Positions 24,586-35,811 of a DNA stretch of 64,000 nt are shown in pieces. A program made the translations under genes and the position numbers. The number at the start of each line of letters is the position of its first letter. Position 1 is the stretch's first letter. The DNA is from Penicillus capitatus (lineage: Eukaryota > Plantae > Chlorophyta), in NCBI GenBank assembly GCA_965649825.1, contig OZ287706.1, positions 744,001 through 808,000 of the forward strand, written 5' to 3'. The notes below the pieces were generated by a model. That model saw nothing but the letters and a program-made list of their open reading frames with translations. It was not told the origin of the DNA and did not search any database.

Positions 24586-27500
24586 ATGCGCGCCGTTTCG
24601 TCCGCCATGTCTGCCGATTGCGACGACGGGAAATCGCCGAGCGAAGAGAGTATTCGCGTGTGCGTGCGCGTTCGGCCACTCAATGAGCAGGAATCGGCCA
24701 TCGCCGTAGCTAATGTGTGGGACACGACGTCGGCGCCCAATACATTACGACTAAAGACGAGCCGTCGCGTTCATGGAGCGACGAGCGATTACACCTTCGA
24801 CAGTGTTTTTGGCGTTGATGCGACATCCGATGCTGTGTACGAAGACATCGGCCGCCCACTCGTCGATTCGGCCATGGGCGGAATGAACGCAACGGTCTTT
24901 GCCTATGGGCAGACGGGATCGGGAAAGACCTTTACGATGAGATATGTGACGTCGGCGGCAGGGAATCAGATTTTTCGCTACATTGCAACCGCGACGTCCG
25001 ATCGACAGTACCTCATCAAGTAGCGAACGTCTTCGATCAGGAAGCCGTGGATGGGATGGATATGCAGAATGTCGGCGATTGAGATATACAATGAAGTGGT
25101 GCGAGATATGCTGGTGGACGATAGCGAGGTATTGCGCGTTTTGGACGATCCAGATCGCGGTCCTGTGGTCGAGGGTCTGACCGAAATTGTGATCACCTCG
25201 CTACAGCACTTTGAAGATTTGATGCGGGACGTCGAAACGCGCCGCCAAGTGGCGGCGACTCGATTGAATGAGCTGAGCTCGAGATCGCATACCATCGTGC
25301 GCCTCTACGTCGAAAGCAGCGCCACCCGTCGATCGAAGACGGATGGGGAGGACGAGACGCTGACGTCTCCGATCGTAGTCGTATCGACGTTGAACTTTGT
25401 CGATCTGGCGGGATCGGAAAGAAGCTCCATCTCCGGTCTGCAAGACAGCGATGAACGTCAGCGATTGAAAGAGGTGATTGCTGTCGATGTCTGGCAGATG
25501 AGATGCGGTCGGCATAATGTACATAGGGATGTCACATCAACCGAAGCCTTTTGACGTTAGGCACCGTTATCCGACACCTCAGCGAACACTGCGTCAGATG
25601 TTTGTTTCAGACGGTGCGGCATAGACACGACTGCTGTAGGTCAAGAAACACATTCCTTACCGAGACAGTCGCCTGACACGAATCTTGCAGCCGTCGTTGA
25701 GTGGCAATGCTCGAATGGCGATCATCTGTACTGTCAGTCCTGCTGCAAGTACTGCACGAGGGAGCGTGCGAACATATGAGGTGTTTGGCTTTTCTGGCGT
25801 ACAGGTGCGATTGAGACCACACGTGCGTCATTGCATTTTGCGACCTGCGCTAAGAGTGTTCAAATGCGACCCCGCGTTAACAAGATCGTCGACAGCAAGG
25901 CGCAGATCAAACAGCTGATGGAAGAGACAGCTTGGCTGAAGAAACAGCTGGTATGCGGAGATGCGTTCGTCTTCGAACGCGCTGCGAATGTGTGAGGTCA
26001 TCGCGTGCGTTCGGACAGGCGGCTGTCAAATCATCGGGATCGTCGTTGGAGGCGTTGAATCTCGAGTTGCAACGAAAAGATGCTGCGATTGTTAGCAGCG
26101 GTGCGACACATGTCACATATGTCGCGCACACAAACGCTCGGCTGTTATCACAGAACAATCGAGAGACACCTTGCAACGTCGATTGAAAAACATGGAGAAG
26201 CTCTTGCTGACATCGGGTGCGCCTTCGCCTCGAAAGGTGATCGCTTAGAATTACGCAGGGTCCGTCATTCTATACCATGTGTCTTCGTTTCGTAGCGAAG
26301 AGCGTCGCACTGCGATTTCACGAAAAGCCGTTCGTTTGCGACGGCGGCGGCGACGATTGCCGATGAACATGTGTCGGATGAGGAAGATGACGAGACGATG
26401 CGTACAATTATTCTCGACAGCGATGCTTTGGGATCAAGTATGGCCTCTTTCGATGGCAAAAGAAACGTATGTCGCTTCGTCGTAGGGTCGATGTTGAGGA
26501 TGCGGCGTTTTTCGAGCGGTCGGTTAGGATGTCGCGAGGGCGAAGCGAAGCAGAACCGTACGCACGATTGTGCTTTGATGCACTGCTGTCTATCACCAGC
26601 AGTGCGCAAAAAACTCAGCCGACTGGGCAACGGGATCGAAGAGAACGAAAAGACAAGCGATGATGAACAATCGTTCGACCGTCCGTCCGACGACAGAAAC
26701 GAAAAAACACAGGCACAGTCTTTTCCTGAATCTCCGCGATTACCCACCTTCGACATATACAGCACGTGAAAAACGTATCCACTCATGATGTTCTTCTCGA
26801 TCTGCCAATCGACGAGCCATGCTTCGAATTCGATGCCGTTGACGTGCAAGAAAAGACTCCCGAGAGAATCGAACCGATCCCCGACGCTGAGACAGTCAGA
26901 TTTGATAACGGCGGCGCCTGTGTTTGATACATTGTGGCGGCTGTCACATCATAGGAGAAAGATGAGGCTCCCGTGACGAAAGATGACATTGTGGAAGCGC
27001 TAAAGAATGAGATTGAAAAGTGTGATCGCAGTCAAATCGCAACCGTCGCAGCAAACAGTGCTCTGGATGCGCTGGAAGATTCATTAAAGGCGTTTATCCG
27101 CTCACGGAGTAAGCCCTCGCGCCTAACACATTCAATTGTGCTCATGCCGTAGGCACGGCAGTCGATACAGCTGAGCCGCCAGTGCACCTAACGCGTCTTA
27201 AGAATTCGAAGACGGGTAGCGACAGAGCGCCGTGTAAAGAGCTGTTAGTCGGCAGTGCGGTTAGTGGCAATGGCGTGAATGCGATGGGGAGTTCGGGCAG
27301 GAAGCAGACGCGTTCACGTCGTGCGTTCTTTTTCGAGTTTTCGATCGACAACGGCTCAAAGAGCTCATCAAAAACCTGGCAAGAGCACGGACGGTATCAT
27401 GCAATGTGACGCGTTAAGGTGGTCGTGCTTCTGTAGGAGTGGAGAGAATATGTTAAAACTGCGCGCTTCGGCAACGTTGGGTCGGAGACGCAGAAGAACG

Positions 27501-28869
27501 GCAGATGCCGATCGCCATCACGCCATCGTCGTTCCCGATCCGCCCGACACACCGTCGGGATCTCTCACGCCTCATCGAAGTCCAGAGACAAATGCGCGTT
27601 GCTGCAGAGGACGTAACGTGGCCGAGGAAGCGCAGTCCGAGCTCAGGAACATCGCCGAGAGAGATATCCTCCGTCTGCGAGAATGTCTAAAGGAGTACAA
27701 GACCGAAGTCGATCGTCTTCAGTGTCAAAAGAAGCTTCTGCTGAATCAGGTGTTGTCGTCGAGTGTCGAATCTAAAGGCGCCTCGACGGTCGCGTCTTTA
27801 GGTACTGCACTTGGAGTCTCGCCTTGATGCGTCCTATGAGAAACACAAGCGTTTACAGCAGCAACAGGCTTCACTGAATGCAGATCTCACCAAAGCGCTC
27901 GAGAACAATCGGCATCTTCGCAGTCGATTGGACGCCGTCAGTCGAACGTCACATCACTACAGCGAAACGACGTCACTGAGTCGAGAGGCAAGGTTTGGCG
28001 TGGACAGCTGGGCAGACATACCGACAGCAGAGGTTGGTATCGAAGTGCCACGAAGATGTCGCCCAACAGGAGGCGGATTTTCAGACGCTGCTGCCGAAGA
28101 TTGTGGAACTGTGGGAAGATCTCCACGTGTCTCTTCGACGACGATCGCGTTTCTTTCTCGCCTTTCGCGGCAGCGAACTCTTTTACTTCGAGGTATCGTC
28201 ATCGCACGTCCTCGATCTCGATATCCTGACGCGTTGATAGGCGGAACATCGACGTCTTCTATGGGAAAGGAATCTCGTGATGGACACGGGCGATAACGAG
28301 AGCATCAGCTCCGATGGTATCACGCCACGGAAATCGGTGAAACGCGCATGGAAGCGTCTCGAAGTCCGATCTCGCTCCACTTGTCAATCGTCACAATATT
28401 TGTCTTGTGCGCAGAACGAACGCAAGTGGCTGGCGACGCAGTTGAAATTCGAGTTTACAGAGGAGGAACGTCGTTCGCTTTTTGAACAGTGGAACGTTGC
28501 GACGGATGCCAAGGAACGAAAGATAAGGCTCATTCGAAAACTGTGGTCCGCCGAAACCGTCAGGCACGGGATGCCATGCCATTATGAGGCCTTCCTTCAT
28601 GGATGGGCACTGCAGGGTGCCGCAGGGAATGGAAAAGAGCGCGCATCTCGTGCTGAAGCTGCTGGGAAGCGAAGACGTCGAGGGCGGAGCACTGGATCTC
28701 ATTTTTCGTCCACCGTCTCGTGGTGCGTCATACTGCGTCGTCTGCACGTCACATCGTCCTCCTTCTAGGCGACGATCAACACATTCCCGTTCCTTATCTC
28801 ATTTCGCAGCTCTCCCGACGCTTTTCCGGTCGAAGCTCACGTTCAGACGTCACATCATCGGATTTGTAG
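24586..28869 (+). CDS. Kinesin-7 (CENP-E/NACK-like) with C-terminal DUF3490-like domain
   Basis: [12 protein letters not shown]-loop [32 protein letters not shown], coiled coils, C-terminal [24 protein letters not shown] and ERKWLATQL. The start could instead be 24607. Confidence 0.9.
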
Positions 28870-28997
28870 ATATTCATGTATGGCCGGATCGGCCTTAAGT
28901 TGGAAATCGCGCTGTTGATGATGCGACGTGACGTGTGTCCATCGTCGCGTTAATCTTGACGATATTCGTTTCGATTTCTGCGCTTCCTCGTTGAATC

Positions 28998-29475
28998 ATG
29001 TCCGGTAAGGGAGGCAAAGGACTCGGCGGCAAAGGAGGCAAAGGCACACTTGCCGATAAAACTGGCGACAAGAAGCGTCCAATATCGCGTTCGGCGCGTG
29101 CAGGGCTTCAGTTTCCTGTCGGTCGTATCCATCGTCTCCTCAAAGAACGCGTTCCGGCAAACGGACGCGTCGGTGCCACTGCCGCCGTCTACACCGCCGC
29201 CATTTGCGAGTGCGTCGTCGCGGAGCGCATGAATGCATCCATTGCTCAATATCTGCTGCTCTAGATACCTAACGGCCGAGGTCCTCGAATTGGCCGGCAA
29301 TGCATCCAAGGATCTGAAAGTGAAGCGCATTTCGCCACGTCATTTGCAACTGGCGATTCGCGGAGACGAAGAACTGGATACGCTGATCAAAGCGACGATC
29401 GCTGGAGGAGGCGTCATTCCGCATATCCATAAATCTCTGGTGCAGATCAAGCCGCCGATGCCGAAGAAGGAATGA
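28998..29475 (+). CDS. H2A.Z: Histone H2A.Z
   Basis: [19 protein letters not shown]; [25 protein letters not shown]; one 55-nt intron. Confidence 0.97.
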
Positions 29476-29548
29476 AAGAGATTCATGCATGATATAGACA
29501 TGCCAACGCTTACATGTGAAGTTTTGCCAATGTAAGACAGGGTCGGCT

Positions 29549-30910
29549 CTATGTGCTTTTATCATGATCGGCGCCTTCATCAAATCGCTCACCTGGTTGC
29601 ATGGCTCCAGTGCCAAGTTTTTTGTCGTACTGCTGCTGACGACGTCTCTCATAAGCGTCAAATCCCTCTGTCTCACGAAACTGATGCATGAAGATGGGGT
29701 TGTCATGCAGCGAGAGCATCACAAGGCTTGAGCAGTCCTTCAGCAGAGCAGAAGGCACGGCACGGATTCTGACAAGGAAAAAGGGGTTTATGTCGGATAG
29801 GCAATGGCACGGAGGCCTACCGATTACGATCGGCGTTCAAGATCTTGAGATGGATTAGTGAAGAGAGGCTCTCAGGCAAGCAGTCGATGACGTTGTTTTG
29901 CACATCGAGAAATTTGAGCTGCGCACAATGGCCTGCAGAAAAGCCGTTTGGTCGATGCATAGGATTCTTGTCTGTGCGTACCAATCGATTCTGGCAGCTT
30001 CGCGATACGGTTGGCAGACAGATTGAGTTGCGTCAGGCTCTGTAAGGAGTGCATTGTATCTGGCACGATCTCGATAGCATTATTGGACAGCGTGAGTTTC
30101 TCGAGTTGGTTTAGATGACAGATCTCTTGAGGAAGGCCGTCGAGAAGGTTGTGATCCAGATGAAGCGATTTGAGTTGCCGCAATCGAAACAGTCCTTCGA
30201 AAAACGCACGGTTAATGAGAGGCATATCGAAGGCGATTGACCCAGGCCGAGTCCTTTGACGGTGAGACGGTTGTGCACCGCATCGAGCGTTTTGAGATTG
30301 GCGAGTCGCTGGATGTCGTCAGGAAAGGACGGAATCGTATTGTGACGGAAATCTGCTGTCTCGGTGGCGGTGTCGACATCTAGAGCGTGCAATGGAAAGG
30401 TCGCCCATCCTTGATCTCGACCAGCAATGAGCTTCATCGTCGACCAGCTTCGCACTTGCTCCTACAGTATCTCCCTCAAAAACGAGGCATAACGAAAGGG
30501 CCCCTACTTCTGTCGTTCTCGGAACAGCGGCGGTCTGTTGCTGCTGCAATCGATATTGCACTTTGGCTTTGGCAATGGCAAGCTTCTCTTGTGCCGTTTG
30601 CTTCTTGGCTAATGCCTCTTGTCCCTAAGGACAATGCATTCGGTCGCCGATTTCTTGAGGAGGCTCGAGTCAACACCGTCGTTCGTTTTCCTTCGGTGGC
30701 GAGGAGCATAAGACGCGCTCCATTGCCGATTCCGTTGGCTTCAAGAGGTGTTTCGTTCGACAGCACCTTCCCCTTGAACAAGAGCTTCTGCTTGGGTGGA
30801 GGGACGCCAGTGCGCTCTTCGATGACGCTCTCGAGATCGGCTACCCTCGCAGCGGGATTCGATTCAATCTCATAGGTATCTTTGCCAAACTTTACGAACA
30901 GTCTTAACAT
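29549..30910 (-). CDS. Ubiquitin-like + LRR protein (At2g30105-like)
   Basis: N-terminal UBL (TGVPPPKQKLLFKGK), LRRs (LHLDHNLL, LTLSNNAI, LNLSANRI), C-terminal FDAYERRR...FDEGAD. Confidence 0.85.
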
Positions 30911-31912
30911 GATGATGTTTACACCTCGACGCGCCTTAACGTCCCATCTTCGACGCAAAGACACAATAATGGAGAACGCATACGGAGCGAATGATGACGT
31001 CCACGATACGGAGGTCGTTCTAGTCGAATCAATGAAAAGATGATCCTCATTTGACGATGGTCGACTGTCTGGACTTGCCTTGTTCGCGTGTTTGGGTCAT
31101 CTAGATGGTGACTTCATCTCGGGCGCAATTTGCACCAACGACCCACGACTTGGAAAACACGAAACCGCCAATTGTCAGACGTGAGACTCGATTGGGGGCA
31201 TCGACAAAGACGACACTCTGGATGTACCTCCTCTGACGAGGAAATCGCGAAGTGAAGGCACGATTCTCGAGTTTGTTCACCGACTGGAGATTGAAACACA
31301 AAGAAAGATTAAGGCTATCATTTCTAGTGCCATGATCTTCGCTCGGCCTTCCATGCACGGTTTCTTCTTCGTGATCAGACTCCGACAGAAAGCGGATGCT
31401 GCCCATACAGATGCGATACTTGTCGGTTTACTTTTAGAAGGTCCGTGAAGGAAGAAGACGGCCAGAAGTGGTGCACCACGAAGATCTTAACGTTAGAAAG
31501 AATTGACAAGCGATCGAACGCAAAGAGCGATGGCACCCACGCACCCACATTTGTTGTGATCGTGAGCTTACTTATCGTCAATTCCGAATAAAGGAAACAC
31601 GCAGATTGCCAAACCTGTCGACCTGATCAGAAACGCGTTGGAATAGGTGATTTGCGATCTAGAGCCGATCCGGCTCAAAAACAACACTCAAACACGTCAT
31701 CGCGATCGACGAGATCGTGCGTGAGAACCTTCAATGACGCGTCTATTGCTTCGACCGTGTCATCGTTCCGATCGATCGACGTCCACAGAAGAAAATTATT
31801 AGCGTTGCGATTGATGTCATTGCGTGACTCAGCGATGTAACATTTCGAGTACTGGAACATCGAATCGCGTGTTCTTTCACCGGCATCCACGTACAGATCT
31901 CTCCATGCCATT

Positions 31913-32517
31913 TCATTTCTTTCCCAGAACTGCACGGAAATTCCAACATCATCAACTGCAAAATGCAGCAGCATAACGCACTTTCGCGTTTCTTGATGCC
32001 GCGGACACGCTTTGCACGATTCTTTCGTTCCTTGATCTGCTTTCGAGAAGACTCCACCTTCGTCGCCAGTCCATTCTACAACGATCGCACGTCCGGTATG
32101 ACCGCACGCAGCGTGTCGCTCGATCTACCCGAATAAGTCTGTACTTTGGTTCTGTATTCTTAGCTGCATCGAGACTGTCATAGATCAGTCCGAACCCTCT
32201 CGACTTCCCACCGCCAAACTGCAGTCACCATTCCTGATGTGACCTCGCATGGACATATGGTGCCCAAGCACCTGTGTGCGGAATCCGTAGAGAAACACGC
32301 ATTTCGGATCTTTGACGTCATATTTGTCGGCAATGATCTCAGCAAGTTCAGTCTTGGGCACTGTCCCGCGTCCTGGATGAGTCACATCCACTACCTGGCC
32401 ACGGCCTCTCCTGAGTCTGTCTCCTTAAACGGGCGACGATCCTACGAACTGTTTTCGCGACAGAAGACGATTCTTCATAAACTTCTGCGTTCGAACGCGA
32501 ATCGACTTCCCACTCAT
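31913..32517 (-). CDS. RPS24: 40S ribosomal protein S24 (eS24)
   Basis: [48 protein letters not shown]. Four introns; last exon inferred. Confidence 0.95.
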
Positions 32518-32622
32518 CGTCGTCGCTTTCTTCGATGCAGGGCGCTCCGGCGGCTGATGATCAATGCTCGATTAACGCGGCGTCATTAGCGTCCGTTGCG
32601 GAAATCGCTCGATCTTGTCCAG

Positions 32623-33041
32623 ATGGCTGAAGAAGCGCCGTTGCCTGTTTCAGCTGTGCTGATGTCTGTTGCAAAGCACGTGGCTGTTCGCTGCCGGGCC
32701 GAGAACAAGGCTTTTATGGATTGCAAAAACAAAGATCGCAATCCCGAAAAGTGCCTAGAACAGGGAAAGGTCGTTACGAAATGCGTCATTGCACTGTAAC
32801 GCCTTTGCTCAGTCGGACACCTCTTAACTGTGTGTCTATGTTCAGCATGCAGGAAGTCAACGACAAATGTCCCAACCAGTTGAAAGCCTTTCATGAATGC
32901 ATGGACTATTACAGGTGACCTGTCATCTCAGTCTTGCGATGTGAAATGTGTATGCACCCTATGGCTAGTCACGATTTTCAAAGATGCAGAAAGGAACAGA
33001 AAGCGTTTGAAGATGTGTGCCCCATTAATCTAGGCTCTTAG
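32623..33041 (+). CDS. NDUFA8: NADH:ubiquinone oxidoreductase NDUFA8 (CX9C) subunit
   Basis: CRAENKAFMDCK..RNPEKCLEQGKVVTKC; second CX9C pair KCPNQLKAFHECMDYY..RCRKEQKAFE. Confidence 0.88.
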
Positions 33042-33233
33042 TTGCGGTCCCTGCTTCCAGGGGTGATGTTGCCAGACGATGATTGTTACGCATCTTTATC
33101 TGCTGACTTTTGCACGTTGATCGAACTCGATCGAGCTTGATCGATTAGTAGTCGAACGATCGCACGCATGCGTCGTCTATCGATCGATTCGCATCATTGA
33201 TGCTATTGAATCGATTGTATTCGATTTCGAAGG

Positions 33234-34234
33234 ATGGCCGATATTTACAGAGCCCGACCGACGGCGTATGAGCACGATGTTCGCCAACAAGCCGACTGGA
33301 ATCCGTGAGATCGTATCAGTTCATCTCTCTTCGATCTCATCGTGCTTTGCAGATACGAGAACAACGGCGGGTACGTCTTCGTCCATTGAGACGTCGACGC
33401 TCGTCGAGGTCTTTGTTTCAGGACGTGTGTCGCCGTCGCAGGCAGCGACTACTGTATCGTAGCAGTAGCGACGAGACTATCGACGGGCTACTCCATTCTC
33501 TGTCGCGATGCACCGAGCTACACCAAGATGTAAATCGCACATCTCTCGATTCCTGCGCCTATCTGTTGCATAGATCGGATCACTGCGTCATTGCATCTTC
33601 TGGATTCCAGGCTGACATCAAGGCAGTTCACAAACGCCTCCAAGCGCGGAATATCATGTATCAGCATCAGCACAACAAAGTCATGTCGTGTCCAGCAATG
33701 GCACAGCTCGTCGCCAACACGCTATACTACCGTCGTTTCTTTCCATACTACACTTCAACCATCTGTGCTGGTCTAAATCCAGAAGGTTGCACTCTATGAC
33801 AGAGCGATCCCACTCATGTCGATGTCGAACAGGGAAAGGATGTGTGTACAGCTACGATGTCATCGGATCGATGAGCAAGACGGACCAGGCGTGCTCAGGA
33901 ACAGGCGAGAGTCTCATTCAGCCTGTTCTCGATGCGCAACTCAAAAGCTATAACGCCTTGATCCACCCTCCTGCCGTATGGTACCAATCTGATCGCAATC
34001 TGTCTTATTCTTGTCCTTAACAGACAGCCATTGCACATCTGAGTCTGGAAGACGCCGTCGATTTGATCAAAGACGCTTTCGTTACCGCAGGGGAACGCGA
34101 CATCTTCACCGTAAGCATTGGATCTGGACACCGCGATGTAACATGTCGTATATCGTCAGGGCGATACGGTGGAGATCTGCATCATGACACGCGATGGAAT
34201 GAAGACCGAACGTGTCGAACTCAAGAAAGATTGA
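33234..34234 (+). CDS. PBF1: 20S proteasome beta-6 subunit (PSMB1/PBF1)
   Basis: WNPYENNGG|TCVAVAG, LYYRRFFPYY, VYSYDVIGS, KDAFVTAGERDIFT|GD, ELKKD stop. Confidence 0.95.
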
Positions 34235-34439
34235 TAGACATCACAGTCCATCGTATAAGGGTATATCTGTCGCATCATGTCTTGCTGTCATGTGTCGAGG
34301 ATGTAAACAACGTTAAAAAAGTTGGAGTTGAATCGCTTGCGTCGACGTCGATGAAAACACTCAGAACGCGAACACCAGGAACACGAGGTTATTTACAGGA
34401 AACCGTTGGCACTAAACACTTCGGATGGTTAGGACACTA

Positions 34440-35590
34440 CGAACATCCACGTCTAACAGCTGCGAACTTCGACCCTCATGCAGTGTCCATCTGTCGCCAA
34501 GTTTTTCCTGGCGATGTAACTACTGTCTTGTTGGACACGGGTTAGGTGTTTTCAGGGGTGTTTGCTGTCTTGTCATACGGGCTCCTTCGTGGCCAAAGGG
34601 TCATTCTCTGTGGTCCGTCGATCCCATGTGCAGTCGTGCGCTAGCCGTGGGACGTCGCCGATCGAAGGATTTGTCATCGAGTATGTTGGGAGAACTAAGA
34701 CTCTCTGCTGGCCCTTGGAATCAACGACGGAATTAACGATTGGACAGAGTATCACGGTCTGGACGGCTTCGGAGGCTGCTTGTGATCGCATCAACCGGAT
34801 GCCTACGACTCGCGCGATGTCTGACGTGAGAGTCGTGCGGTTATTAGACTGGTTGATTGCGAATTTCGGGGCCAGATTGACTGTGAGATATCGTCCATCG
34901 AGTGAAAATGAATTCGCCGACGTGCTGAGTGGAGGTATGAACATAGCATCGACGACTATAAGAGCAAAGAGATCGAGGAAAATCAAAACAAAAGCCATGC
35001 ACTTCTACACATCGCGGAAACCTCTACAAAAGAAAAATGTAGCCGTGATCGATGATCCTATTCGACTGGAGTGGTTTAAGCAAGCGCACTACGGTCATTG
35101 GAATGCTTAGAAAACTCTCGTTCATATGAGAAGAGATGGAAGATCATAGCCGAAAGTGTTGCCGGTCGGCCGCACAGCGAAAACAAATTCAGTGGAAGTC
35201 TTTATAAGTCTTCGAAGCAAGGGGTCCTGAATGATGCAGATAGCCCGTTAAATACTCGCATGGTGACATGACGTCCATAGGCAGATGAATCACCACGCTG
35301 CCAGAACCAGAGAAAAGGGCCCTCTGGAAGCCAATGTGCTCATGTGGCGTGACAACAAGCACCCTTTCCAACAGATGACACGTTGATAACAAGGCAGTCC
35401 CATCGCCAGGGAAATCTTGGCGACAGGAAGATCGCATCGATGTGCAAAATCTTGTAAAAGCTTGTCCGGTTTGTCAAAGATTTGCTTCGAAGGAGTTTAG
35501 AGATCCGTGGCATCGGTGCCCATCCAAAAAGATCAATGAATTACTTCATTTGGACTATTTCGGTCCCGTAACATGGAACCTATGGCGCGC
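34440..35590 (+). mobile_element. Decayed Ty3/gypsy LTR-retrotransposon pol fragment (RNase H + integrase zinc finger/start of core)
   Basis: RNase H-like ITVWT...RVVRLLDWL..F..RLTVRYRPSSENEFADVLS; integrase HHCC AHYGH ... DVQNLVKACPVCQ followed by LHLDYFGP; in-frame stops and a frameshift. No LTRs recognised. Confidence 0.75.
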
Positions 35591-35811
35591 CCCGCCCATC
35601 TCCGGCCGCTGGCGACCATAGGTGGCAGGCCGCTTACTCTGAGTGATGCAGGTGATGTGACGTTCACGCAGCGGAAGTCGTGTTGTTCGCGTTTCTGGCC
35701 TCCTCTACGGTCGAGGCCGTCGTATGCGTTGCCCATATACGGCGTCCTCGGCCGTATCGGCCGCATCTGCCGTCCGTCCCAGCCGTCCCTGCCGCATCTG
35801 CCGTCCGTCTC

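Noticed and set aside
31101-31581. Two short minus-strand ORFs that might form a small gene
   Set aside because: The splice phase does not join them cleanly and there is no motif support.
31675-31974. Possible 95-aa C-terminal extension of RPS24
   Set aside because: Needs a 26-nt intron; the 52-nt intron giving KKREILGKK-stop fits the local intron size.
34573-34998. Minus-strand ORF with a hydrophobic N-terminus
   Set aside because: It is antisense to the RNase H remnant and has no recognisable domain.
34950-35110. IDDPIRLEWFKQAHYG resembling a carbamoyltransferase C-terminus
   Set aside because: Context (RNase H upstream, CxxC and DYFGP downstream) fits a gypsy integrase zinc finger better.
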